Of a DNA stretch of 64,000 nucleotides, positions 42,158-55,174 are shown piece by piece. The notes under the pieces are model-generated. The model made no database searches, was not told the origin of the DNA, and saw nothing but the letters and a program-made list of their open reading frames with translations. The stretch is from assembly GCA_907165135.1 (NCBI GenBank), contig OU015568.1, forward strand, positions 12,772,001-12,836,000, in the 5' to 3' direction. The position numbers were made by a program, and so were the translations under genes. This stretch comes from Oikopleura dioica. Its lineage: Eukaryota; Animalia; Chordata. Numbering within the stretch: the first letter of the stretch is position 1; the number at the start of each line of letters is the position of its first letter.

Positions 42158-43080
42158 ATGAGTCTATTTAATCGGAAAACAAAGCATCGAGTGAAGTGCT
42201 CTATCCAAATTCAGCAACTTACTGCTGTCCCATACAGGTAAACAATCACAAAAAATGTCATGCAAGTACTGTAACGCTCTTTCTAGCAATAGTTTTCTTT
42301 ATTGCAAATTACGACTCGTCTCTAATGGGAAGTTCGAGAGTCGGACAAACAAGCGGGAGATCAAAAACAGCTGCGTAATATGGAATGAACCCTTTGAGTT
42401 TGAAATCAATATGAAAGAAGTGCCTTCACCGGCCAGTCTCCAGAAGATAATGGTCAGGATTTCTGTGAGGCAGGACCTGCCAGGCTCGAAGGATGAAGTT
42501 AAACTTGGTTACGTAGATGTGAGTACCTGTTTCTTTTCCGTTTATTTTGAATATTTTCAGTTCAACCTGTCAAAATTCTTCAAAACAGAGCAGGTTCTTC
42601 GAAGCTTTTTGCACGGATACGAAAAGTCATCTGTTCGCTGCGACAACTCCATTCTCCTCGTATCTGGTTTAATCGAGCCTATTATCGCAAACGGCAAAAG
42701 CATAGAGCCCGTTGCAATTATTGAAGCTGACAGTATTTCAAAGGAGGTCGAAGTTCCCCTAGGAAAATCTGCCTCAAAGCCTACTCATTCCCGTACGTCT
42801 TCAGGTAAGAAACAATATTAAAATAAGGGAGTGCGATGTTAATGAATAAATTAAGGGGCGTCTGGATACTCCTCGTCGAACAACTCCCTCAATCGGCCTG
42901 ATCCGATGGTGAGTATCTAGCTTATTATGCATGTTTTAATTCAGAATTAAGAGATCAAACGGCCACAATAGAATACCCAGCCTTGATACGGGCACAGACA
43001 CCTTCGACGACGGTAATTTAGACGACAACGCAGCTATAGTCGAGTCTATCTTCGAAAATATGCGATCAACATCAAGATGA
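42158..43080 (+). CDS. FAM102A: FAM102/EEIG1 family NT-C2 domain protein
   Basis: QQLTAVPY..LYCKLRL..NSCVIWNEPFEF..RISVRQDLPG..KLGYVDFNLSKF..LHGYE..DNSILLV matches the EEIG1 NT-C2 domain. Confidence 0.85.
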
Positions 43081-43861
43081 AACGTTTTCGATCGGCTCCT
43101 TATGTGCTGCTGCTATTTATATCCCAAAGAATCGTTTATTTCAAATTCAAACTAAATAACAATTGACCTTCAAGATCTTAACGCTCTATCACCCCTTCTG
43201 TTTTTTTCTCAATTTCATAAGAAGTTTTCCTCGCCACATTTTAACGATGCCATTTCAAGGACACTTTTTGAATCTCGACGATGTATCTTACTTCATAATT
43301 TTAAAACATGGACTCTCAAGTTCCTATTTTTCCTTTACGCCACGGGCTTGAAATGACATCGTGATTAAATAAAAGTCTTTCAACGCTCTGCTCAACAATT
43401 TAACCTAAGTTCACAATGAACGCAGATCTGCAATAGCGGGAAAGCTGAACTGTTCTCTCCATTATATATTTTGTTTTCTTAATTATAACTGTGTGCGCAT
43501 GAAGGCCGGGGGTTCTGCAGGATCAGAGTCCTCGGTTATAATGCATTTAATCATCTGATTCTTATAATACATTCGTTCCTTTAAATGCTATGAAATCATG
43601 GAAGACTCACTTCATCTTATTCGAAGGCAGCCTTTCACTCTTTGTTTTGTCATTCTTACTGCAGGAAAACAGATTATCGCAGGATAACTGAGTTAGAAAG
43701 ATAAACTCAGAATAGCCTTATCATTGAACTTGTTTCAAGTTTATTTGCAAACTTTGACATGAAATCGGCATGAACGTAAGTGGAACAGAAGCTCATCAGT
43801 AAATTTATTCACTAATGATCAATATACAAATAAATAGGTTGAAGCAGAATTTTTCCTAAAA

Positions 43862-45459
43862 TCAGATGGACATGCTGAATCCAGCTTGAAAGGTTGGGAA
43901 CTTTTTCTGACTTGTTCCAACAACGTTAGCTTCCAAATTGAGGGGAATGCCTTGGAAGAGGGACATGGCTACACCGATGCCATAGCAGTACGCGTAGTGT
44001 TTATCTGAATATTGGGTAAGATATGATTGTATGAACTGTACGTACGTTGTAAAACGGATGAGACATTTCCCACATTTCCAGCCACGGCAAAAGCATGGAT
44101 TGCAGCGTTGGGACTCAATAGATTTTGGCTAATTCCCTTGAAAATTTGTCCAAGAAGTTCCATTGAGTAGTAAACATGAACACCCGCTAAAAGTCGGTTT
44201 TTGCTTTTGCATTGATCATTTGCGGTCTACCTTTGAAAGAAGCATCGCCACCAAGAGCACAGCCAGATTCACGAGGACCGTGGCTGTTCATTTCAAATCC
44301 ACGAATGTTGTTGTTACCACCGACGAAGAATCGATCGGAAATGTGACTTTTGTTGCCATTCGTATTAAGATAACCACCACTTGCAGTTAAAACACCGGTA
44401 ATACCAGTAGACAGAGGCTGATAAAGAGCAAGATCTGCGAAGCCTTTGTATCCATTCTTGAAGAAGTCTGCATCGCATTTCATTCGGAACCCTTTCGCGG
44501 GAACGACTAAAAATTGTTGAGGATCTTGGCGAAGGGATTAAACTTTAATCATTAAACTAACCCTTCCTGATGAAGTTGGCAGAGGAGTCGTAGTTGACGG
44601 ATAAAGTCAAGAAATTCTTCTGAGAATAACCAAACTGGTCTATGATGGACTCAGGGCAATCTTTGTCTGTGAGGGCGCTTATATTCATCTGCCTTTAAAT
44701 CTTATATATCAGCGGAACTTCTCTTTTTCTTTTACCTGGCGTTGAGAGATACTGATCCGGTTAAATTTTCCGCGAATTTATTCGTAATCCCGAATTTTCC
44801 TAGCATACTTTCTTCCTTGATATTACACCATGGTTTCTCGCGATTTGTTGACGTGAATTCTCCATCGATGCTTGTTGTTTCGTATCTTTAAAAATGTGTT
44901 AGAGACCGAGATGTCCAATGAAGCACCACCTTAGAGGGTAGTTGATGTTGAGGGAGACGTTGGGAAAGAAGTTTTTCGGCTTATCGGCTCCTTCAGTTGA
45001 GTCCATGTCCTTCCCAAAGCTCATTTGAATCTGTCACATCGGTTAGGTCTTTCTTTCGTTATCCATACCAGGTCTTACCTTTTCACCGTATCCGAAAACA
45101 TTAGGAATTGCAACTTTCACACCTCCTTCTGGCGTCATCGAATCAGGCGAAAGATCTCCTCCCGCAGAAATGCTCAATTTCTTCTCCTTCACGTCATAAA
45201 CAACCTGATAGCCAGTGGCGTTCCCGTCCGTGTTGTAAGCTTCAGTCGTGTCGATGGCTACATCTACGGATTTAAAACAACCAGATTGTTCCATTTTTTG
45301 CTTCGCAAGCTGGGCCTCAACGAGAAGACTTTGGAGGTCGCTCGCTTGTTGGACATTTTTAACGAAATGGCGGAGAAAAGATGGTTTGGAAACTCCCTTG
45401 TCTTGTTCAATGGTGACTCGCTCCACTTTTACGGGGATCTCATCTGGCCGTGTCGACAT
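43862..45459 (-). CDS. SAMM50: Mitochondrial SAM complex beta-barrel Sam50
   Basis: POTRA domain (VKVERVTI..GCFKSVDVAIDT), PNVFGYGEK, DRFFVGGNNNIRGFEMNSHGP (Omp85 motif), C-terminal FQAGFSMSI*. Confidence 0.9.
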
Positions 45460-45691
45460 TCTGCAAGAATAAATAATAAATTTTCGCAGATTTATTGCTC
45501 ATGAAATGCGTTAGTTTTAGTCTCCTGCTGTATCAATCTGTTAAACAATTATTCATCCAAACACAGAGTATGCGGATGAAGAATGAGAAGTTTTTTTTTT
45601 AAGATTTATTGAACCAGAGGGAATCCAGAATTAGATGTGTTGCTGTTATTTTTCTAGCAATAAATAGGGCGAACTTCGATTCCAGAGTTGC

Positions 45692-45932
45692 CTAGTAAGC
45701 GCAGTAGGCCTTTCCGTCGGGCTTCTTGCCGGAGACATCGAAGCAGGCGATGTCGAAGAGAGCGGCGAAGAGGAGGACTGGGGCAAGTCGCTCCATCCAG
45801 ACTCGGCCTTCGGCGGGAAGGAATCCCTAGACAGAGAATTCGAAAAGGGAAAGAGGTACTGTTACTTACAGCGCGTCGGACAGAGATCTGTCGGGTGGCG
45901 ATAGCAGCAGTTCGGGCAGCAAGGACTCGCAT
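45692..45932 (-). CDS. 65-aa single-pass mitochondrial-type microprotein (possibly COX8-like), 2 exons
   Basis: TTTTCAG|AAAAATG start; 43-nt GT-AG intron 45827-45869; product MRVLAARTAAIATRQISVRRAGFLPAEGRVWMERLAPVLLFAALFDIACFDVSGKKPDGKAYCAY*. Confidence 0.6.
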
Positions 45933-46658
45933 TTTTCTGAAAAGGAAAGAGAATCAGCACTCGTAACGCTTCTGTTTTCTGCTAATTTACAGTCACAGTT
46001 AGAAAGTTTTGTCAATTTTGCAAAAAAGGCACGGAAAGTAGTCAAGCAACTGGTATGGAAAGAAACCGTTTTTAAAAATAGGTAAAGATCACAAAATTTT
46101 AATGGAAATCATTTGAGTTTCAACTGAGCTCAAGAGCTGATAAGATGGGGTTTTCGAAACAAGTGCAAGTTTTGTTGTTTAGTAATTTCGATGTTGCGAT
46201 AGAGGAAATAAAAATGAATAGTACGTATTTTAGGATAATGTTGGTAAAGCTCAATAGAATGAATAGAAAAAAGGAGGAAATAAAATAAAAATAGAAAACG
46301 TGAACATGGTAACATTCGTTTCAATTTTTTGAGGAAAAGGGACAATGGAGCCAAATTAAGGCAGTGAGGGGAATTTTTTTATAAAAATTGTACTAGTTAC
46401 TGGTTGTAGTAAGTACCCGCGTCGGTTAGTTCAGCAGCTGGAGGGGTTGTCCTTCACGATCAGCTAGAAATAGAAGGATAACGGATGTTCTAACGAGTCA
46501 ACTTTTTAAACCGTGCGCAAATATTGAACGAATATGTAAAAAATGATAAATACGAGCTTCAATTTACTAATTTTCTGCACTAAAACTGTCATATTTTCAT
46601 AAAAATTTGTCAATATACACGCACGGGTTAAGTGTCGATGTTTTATTTAAAAATTCGC

Positions 46659-47782
<1,124 letters not shown>

Positions 47783-47866
47783 TTAGCAAGAAATGAATGA
47801 TTTCAGAAGAAAGTACAGAAATTCGTTGAAGAAAGTGCAGTGGAAGGAGTTTTTTCAGTTTTTCTT

Positions 47867-50800
47867 TTACTCTGTTAGATCATTGAGACATCCGTAGTGA
47901 TAGACGTCTCTGGAGGGAGTGATGGCGATCGCCGATTGTGGGTTGACCGATCGGCCGCAGTGCGCGCAGCGTGTGCCCTAATCGCTCAATTGTTACTTGA
48001 CTTGAAGACAACGAGGATTACAGACCTGTGGTAGCTCGATCCGCGTCCGCTCGGCTTCGATGCATTCTACGTTTGTCCTTGTTGATTCCACCTCCATCAG
48101 CGCCGACTGTATCTTCACTCTGTAAAATTGAAATGAATCTCTGGAATACAAAAAAGCAAATCTGATTAATGCGCTTCTATTTAGGAACCAAAAATAATCT
48201 CGTTCAATTCGAACTGCAGCTCCATTTTACAATCAAAGGCTGACTTAGCAACTAAAAATAGCCGCTCACTTTTTTGAAAATAGAAGCTTGACAAAAAGCA
48301 TAAATAAATAATCACCTTCGTTTTACGTTGGCGGATTTGGTTATCGCACGACTGACGAAATTGGACACCTCCGATATGGGAACGTTATCTGGTAATACGT
48401 CGATAACTTTTTTCGGCGGCAGAAAGAGCGCATGACGTTCCAGGACGCCAAAGATCTCGTCAAGAAAATCATTCTCGATTAAATATTCTTTAGTGCATGT
48501 TATTGAACACAGAATTTAGAAAACGCATTGATTGCGCGGCGTTTTTATCGATTTCTGGCCAAATAACGGAACTCTGTCTTAACTCATTCTTGGTTCAATA
48601 ACGCTCCTAAAAGATAGCCGTATATTTCTGGGCAGCTGTTGTGGATTTTACTACAGTAAGACTCCGCTCGTTGCGGCAATTTGTCGGCATAAACGTGCAA
48701 CGCCTTAATATTCTCTACTAACTTTTATTCTTGCCTGAGAATGAGCCGGTATAAGGAAATCAGTCTTATCTCCAGCTCAGCTCACCTGTTTGTGTCGCCC
48801 CAATCTCGAGAGTAGCAGCGCTCGTTCTTCAATCCAATCCTCGTCAGCAAATAAGTCCAAAAGCCGCTCATCGACCTTGATCGACTTTGACTCCAAAAGA
48901 GCGATCAACTTCTTTCGCAGTATATTCAACTCGTCAACGGCCACTAATGTGTCTGGATTAGGGACCATGGCGGATGACTCGGGGCGATCCTTAATCGTAT
49001 CAACGAGCATAAGGTCGCGTACTTCTAGTATTGAGTTTCGGTACTCTTCGATTAGGTACGAGAAGATTCTCTGATCGTCGCAGTTCCACTCATTTACATA
49101 GAACTCGAGCAAACTCATCCGCATCGTGGCTGGAGCACAGTTTTCTTTGAACATTTCATACACGTCATATTTTGGCCAGGCTTCAGCATCGCCTTCGGAA
49201 GTAAAAAGAATTAGCGCGAGATTTGGCTTCGACCGCACTAACTGTCCGCCGAAGCTAAGGACGATGTGAAAGTTCTCTTCGTCGAGTTGGCCGAGATATT
49301 TGATGATATCTTCAATCTGCTCATCTCCTCGTTTTGAAAGAAGACTCAGGGCTTCAGCGTGTTTTCCTTTACGCTTGAATAAGATCACTAGCTCGTCGAT
49401 TTTACCATGCTCCTAAAAATAAATGAACTGTTAAATGATCTGATTGACGTATTTGAATGATTACCTGGAGGATTTGCTCGCATTCTGACTCGATGCAGAA
49501 GTTTTCTTTCAGTCGGAGAAGGGATGAAACCATCGATGGAGAAGTGTGCAAGTATGTTTTGAGAAGTACTGTATCCAATATACTCAATAATTTCAAATCG
49601 CGAGGCTCGTTAGAGAGCGCTTGACTTCTCTCTGATGTTAGATACGGGACGAGCGCACGGTATGCATCGATTAACAAAGGACCGGACAGATCTGGTGGCA
49701 CAAAGATCTTCGTAGAGGGTCGACGAACTGAGGACGGAAGGAGGTCAGGATAGAGACCGATTACTTTTAGTGGATCAATTTTGCTTTGTTGGAATTTTTC
49801 TATTGCTTGGAGAAATTCCGAGTTGCAGAACATCTCGTATGCTTGCATGCTTGTAATCCGCAGTCTGTAGTTGGCTAGATCCTCAGGTGGCAAGCTAGAA
49901 GCGTTTTCGAGAAGAGCTAGAGCGAGGTTAAGCTGCTTTGATTGATGGAGAGATGAAATTATTGAATGCAGATCAGTCTGACGTAACAGAGAAAGTGAAT
50001 GTGATGAGACTGCGAAAATAACATCTTCGACAGAGCATATTCCCAAGATAGGCGAGCTAGAGATCTTTTGCAGTACATTGTAGCTGTAATCAGGGGCGAT
50101 CACAAATAAGCCAACTGACGAACCAGCAAGTGTCCACGGATAATGAGTAGCCAGTGAGATTGTCGGCTCATCAGTCGACACAGCGACGGTTGACAGGTTT
50201 TGGTCGTCTTTGTAGAAAACGACGCCAGATTGAGTCGCACAAATGACACCATTCTTGCCGTAAGAGCAAATCTGTGAGTTCATCAACCGGTCGTTGACAA
50301 TTATCTCCTCGTTTTTCGCCGTGCGAATGTCGATCTTTGTGTAGCCATTCTTTGAACTGACCATAACGTTGTTAAAATTCATCCACGAAATTGACTTTGG
50401 AATTTCGTCGATGATCAGTTCTTTCATTTCATTAAAGCAGTTTCTGTTCCAATAATACAAAAGGATCTTTTTCTTTTGCGCAAGGCAAAGTTGGGCGATA
50501 GAAGCACAAGCTCCAGAAGAAGACTTGATCGTTTCAGTAACAAGAGAGAACCTAGAAACATTTCGAACGACTCCTCCAGCACCAGCGCGTTCTATTGCGT
50601 CCGTGATGTCTTCGTCGGGCTGGTTGAGGTCTTTGATGCAGAATTTCTTATCTTGCAGAACAAGAAGTAGCCCGTTTTCGTAAAAGACATCGAGCTGATC
50701 AACTTAAATCAAACGATAATTTTTTCCTTGAAAACGATACTTAGTAAGTATCGTAACTTCGTTTTACTTACTCTTTTGCTTCGATTTAATTGTTCGCTCA

Positions 50801-50976
50801 AGCTTTGAGTTTGCCTCCCCTTTCTTTGTCGTAACCTTATAAACGAGTAGGTGACCTTCTTTCGTCGAAATAAAAAGCCTATAGATCCGTTCTTCTATGC
50901 GATAGCCAGTTATGCATTCGATTGTCAGCGGAAGATTTGGAATAACAGCTTCTGATTGTAGCAATTCGTGCGCCAT
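47867..50976 (-). CDS. VPS39: HOPS subunit Vam6/Vps39
   Basis: N-terminal LPLTIECI..ISTKEGHLLVYKV (CNH), IDPLKVIGLYPDLLP, ILDTVLLKTYL, ERALLLSRLGRHKQAL, C-terminal RCAHCGRSV..VYHYGC*. Confidence 0.9.
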
Positions 50977-51143
50977 CGAATCGTCTTTACATATTTCTAA
51001 AAAAATTCTGTTTTCGTGAGACATGCAGTAGACAGATAAGCTTAGGTACGCCAGAAAGAGGCATCAGAGAGTCCCGCACAGGCTCAGGGGCGTCTATAAA
51101 AGCGCTATATTTTCTCACATGAGTCTCATATTCTGAGTTCCTG
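50977..51143. promoter_or_regulatory. Probable bidirectional promoter between VPS39 and the SET gene
   Basis: 167-nt gap between divergent ATGs; TATAAAA at about 51096. Confidence 0.4.
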
Positions 51144-53056
51144 ATGAATATTCTTGAAGCTATTCAGAAAGAAGACGGTTTTGTGAGCGAGAACATTGAG
51201 ATACGAAATGGTCCTCATGGCTCTTCTATATTTTCAAAAATGGAGATACAAGAAGATGAAACGATCATGGAAATCAACACAAAATCGGTCATCTCCGTCG
51301 ATTCGATTTTAAAATCAGGTTTTGAAACTCTAAAATTCCCTGCAATCAAGAATTATAGATGCTCTGCGAAACTTCATGGGTGGTTTGAAAATGGATCTAA
51401 ATCCTTATGATCTTTTGGCAATCTATCTTACTCTGTCAAAAATAACAGGGGAAAACGCCGCGTATATTTCCTCCCTTCAAGTAACCTTTGACTCCCCGTT
51501 AACCTGGCCAGCGTCGGACGTTTTAGAGCTGCCACTCGAAATAAAATTTTTCGTCATGTCGACCCTCAGTCACGTCAAGAAAGTTTTCTCTGCGCTGAAT
51601 GAGCAACTGCCAGAGCTGATCGAGTTCAAATTATTCAAATGGTGCTACCTAAACGTCATCACGCGGAATTTTAATGGAGGTGTTTTGGCATCAACAACGC
51701 CGGCATGGCTTGAAATAAACTCCCGAAACCAGAATGCCACGCTCATCCCCGGTCTAGACATGTGCAACCACTGGAATCCAGCTAATTGTCAGTACAGTAA
51801 GTGAAAGGAAACTTAGGCGCAATTCCGTGGTTAGGAACCATTATCGCCTTGTATTGTCGCGAACTCTAGATTGAGACACTGTTAACACCTTTCATTAGGA
51901 CTCAAAGATGATAGATTCCTTCTGACAGCTAAAGACAAGGTACAAACTAAATTGTCTTGCAGCAAGTGCGCGAGTAAGTGCCCTTTCAGATTGACCCAAA
52001 TAGCGAAATATTCATCTCTTACGGCAACAACAAGGGCGATCAAGAATTACTGTCGACATATGGGCAGGGTTAGAAAATGAAAGTTAATGAAGTGACAATT
52101 CAGTAGAAATACAGCGATTAATTGCTTCACCGAAGTCATTCTCTAATCACACTTGAGCTTCGTTCTTCCACGGGGCTAGGATCGACAAGTCCCACCCGAC
52201 ACCCGATCGAAAACCGACGTTTTTGTCGGGTTTTTGTTTGATTCTGCCTACCCTACACCCGACGTTGAAATTTTGCTAGAAAATCACCGGGTTTTTGTAG
52301 GGTATTTTTGTCATTCTCTAATCACACTTGAGCTTCGTTCTTCCACGGGAACCCGACAAAGACCCGATGTACCCGACAAAAACCCGAAAAATCCTACGAT
52401 AAAAACCCGACAAAGACGAAAACCCGACAAAACCCGATCGGAAAAATCAGAGCTCAAGAAAATCCGATTCCGGATTTCGGGGGCATTTGTCGATCCTAGC
52501 CACGGGGTGTCAATTCGAAAACAAAAGTGCAGGAATGATTCAAAATTAGCAACTAAAAATTAACTCAGAATAACTATCAAAAATCATGATCAGCTGACGC
52601 CTCTGGACCTTCAAAAAGCCTCCATGTCCCCTGTTTCTCAATTCGTCAAGCCTGGAGCAGATAATTTGGTCAAGTTCTATTTGACAATCGACTCTTTTTC
52701 ACCAGGTAATTGTTCATATAAAAATATCTTTATTACTAAATAAAATAAGATGTGCTAGAAAACAGTAAAAACTCACAGAAACAGTGAACCTTATTTAAGA
52801 ATTGGTGAGCGTAATAGAAAAGATGGCAATTACTGACAGGGATACGAAAATGGCAGATATTGCTGTTAAAATTCTCCAACATCGGAGAAACATTTTACAC
52901 GAGTCCAAGAAGAGAGTGACAAGGTGTGGACACCAGCAGCTTATTGAAAACATGCTGTTTATCATCGACAATCATCTCAAGGATCTTGAGGAGCGCAAAG
53001 TTCTCCGTCATATATTAGCTGATGAACAATTCCTTCATGTTTCTTGCCGGAAGTAA
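51144..53056 (+). CDS. SET-domain (Rubisco-LSMT/SETD4-like) methyltransferase
   Basis: FKWCYLNVITRN, TLIPGLDMCNH (SET NH motif), EIFISYGNNK..QELLSTYG. Confidence 0.75.
52176..52499. mobile_element. 324-bp MITE with 8-bp TSD (hAT-like) in SET-gene intron
   Basis: Termini CTAGGATCGACAA / TTGTCGATCCTAG; CCACGGGG at 52168-52175 and 52500-52507; many ACCCGA(C) subterminal repeats. Confidence 0.9.
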
Positions 53057-53598
53057 AAACTAAAAATGCAAATAAATTAAACCATTTCACGAAATTCAAA
53101 TTACCAAGAATTTGAAATTGCTTTCCTTCCAGAACAAAAAGTTGCTCAGATCCGTTATCAGTAAATCCGGACTCAGCTTCAATCTTTGAATTTCCAACCC
53201 AAATATCGAGTGTGTCTTTTTCAATCGCAATCCGTTGCTTGAGGCCGCTCGGGAGGATTACCTTCCATACGATCATGTTTTTGACGGCTTCACGGACGTA
53301 TTTTTCGAGAAGTTTTTCTTTCAGGTAGAGTTTGTAAGTGTAAGTGACGCCGCCAACTGCTTCTATTTTCAACCGCGCGGGAACTTTCTTTGGACCAACC
53401 GTGAATGTCTCTTCCCCAACAAGACGAAACATCCAGTCGTGTCGAACTACCTCCTTACCATCCACTAAGGTTTCAGGAATAATCGGTTTACTGATTGTTT
53501 CTACCTCTAATGAGTCTGGAACCGGTAGTCGTACCATGCGTAAACTCAATTATATGATTACCCGACGACATCGGCACCTCCCATTTTATTTCAGACAT
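52977..53598 (-). CDS. FAIM: Fas apoptotic inhibitory molecule, copy a (3 exons)
   Basis: MSEIKWEVPMSSGNHIIEFTHGTTTGSR..VDGKEVVRHDWMFRLVGEETF..RIAIEKDTLDIWV..SGKKHEGIVHQL*. Confidence 0.9.
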
Positions 53599-53740
53599 TC
53601 TAAGAAAGGATGAATTAGGTAAGTGAGTGCAAATAGAAAAATAAATTTATCCAGGGGTAGAAAAGTAAGTGCTTGAGGTCAGTGGAGAAATCAATGTTGA
53701 AGAATTAGAGTTGCAAAAGATGATTCAGGTGCTCAACTAT

Positions 53741-54352
53741 CTACAGAATAGCGACTTGCGGAATTGGCTCACCATCCATGTACATTTCGTAAACAAGACC
53801 CTCGTGCTTTGATCCAGATGAAAGATCTTAAGTTGAATTATTGGAAGATAAGAGTTAAATCGACTCACTTCTAACTGAGAATGCTTTGCCATCAATACAG
53901 AAGGTCATTTCTGTTCCATCCTCGATAAAGTTCTGTGTTGATTCAACTTCATGCCCTTTGAACCAAACTTCAAGCTTCGTCGTGTCCAAGAAGACTTTCT
54001 GCTTCTTGTGAAACGGCTCCCACGCTCGCAAGATCTTTTCTTGCTTTCGTATAAAATCTTTTTCGGACATTCCATCGATCAGAAGCTTGTATTCTAAGTC
54101 TGAAGAATTGGAGCCGCCAAACAGCGATTCGAAGAAGCCAGCTTTTAATTTATTTGTACTGATAATCATCTTTGCTGAATGATTTTTCCCAAGCTTGAAT
54201 TGGTCCACTCCAGTGAATGCCATCCGCCATTTGTCTTCGAAGACAATCTTGTCTTCGAGAAAAACTGTTCGTCTTCCAGAAGTAAAGCTGTGTTCCAGCC
54301 TGATTTTCGTCTCACCAGAGACAAGAGGGATCCTCCATTCTTTTTCATTCAT
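53741..54352 (-). CDS. FAIM: Fas apoptotic inhibitory molecule, copy b (divergent, 2 exons)
   Basis: WRIPLVSGETKIRLEHSFTSGRRTVFLEDK..VFLDTTKLEVWFKG..FIEDGTEMTF..SSGSKHEGLVYEM*. Confidence 0.8.
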
Positions 54353-54421
54353 TCTGGAAAAGAGAGAAAAAGATGAGTTGGTATGTCGTGAAGTTTAATA
54401 AATTATGAAAAGGGCAGTTAT

Positions 54422-55018
54422 CTATCTGAGCATATTAAAATTTTGAGAGAGCCGCTTAAACTTGGAGTCTTCAGTCTCACTTGGGCCCAAGACAGCGATC
54501 ATTCTGAGGTGCGAGTCCCGTCCTGATTGATGGTTTTGGGTTATAACGATTTGCAACATCCATGTGCGCAGCGGATTGCCAAAGCTGTTCTTGATGTTTA
54601 TGGGTATCCACCCCTTTGGCTCGTTTGTTTTGAAGTCAGTCACTACGTTGACCAGGTCGTTGAAGTCGCTGCCGGCTTTGATGGTGATGTGCGACGGTGT
54701 GTAGGACTCGTCGCTCTTGCTATCTGCGTAGAGAAGGATTCCGACGACTTGTTGGCGGGAGCTAAAATAAGTAAAGATGCAGGACTCAATGAACATCTAC
54801 CGAAACTGACAAGTGATCGTATGCGGCTGATTCCCATCAGACTGCCAGTAAGTATCAACATTGTTGTCGCGGAGATTACTTATCGGAAACTCGCGTTTAC
54901 AAGAGCTCACCGACCAAATCGCATCGTGGCCAATATCAGGCAACTTTCCCTGCGTGTACTGCTTGAGGATCATGCTGCCTCCTCCAAGAAGATCAAACAT
55001 GTCAATGCTTTCATTCAT
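54422..55018 (-). CDS. ANAPC10: Anaphase-promoting complex subunit 10 (DOC1), 2 exons
   Basis: AIWSVSSCK..LRDNNVDTYWQSDGNQPH..YADSKSDESYTPS..NHQSGRDSHLR. Confidence 0.95.
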
Positions 55019-55174
55019 TCTGATTATTATTTATTCAGCACTGTGAATTTGTTGAATATTTTTAAATTGCGAATTGAATTTTTGAGAAACAGAAAAAAGG
55101 TAAAGTGGATTTTTTACAGAAAATAAAATTGCACATTGGAACTATTTGAAAAGAGGAAGTATTCAGAAAAAAAA

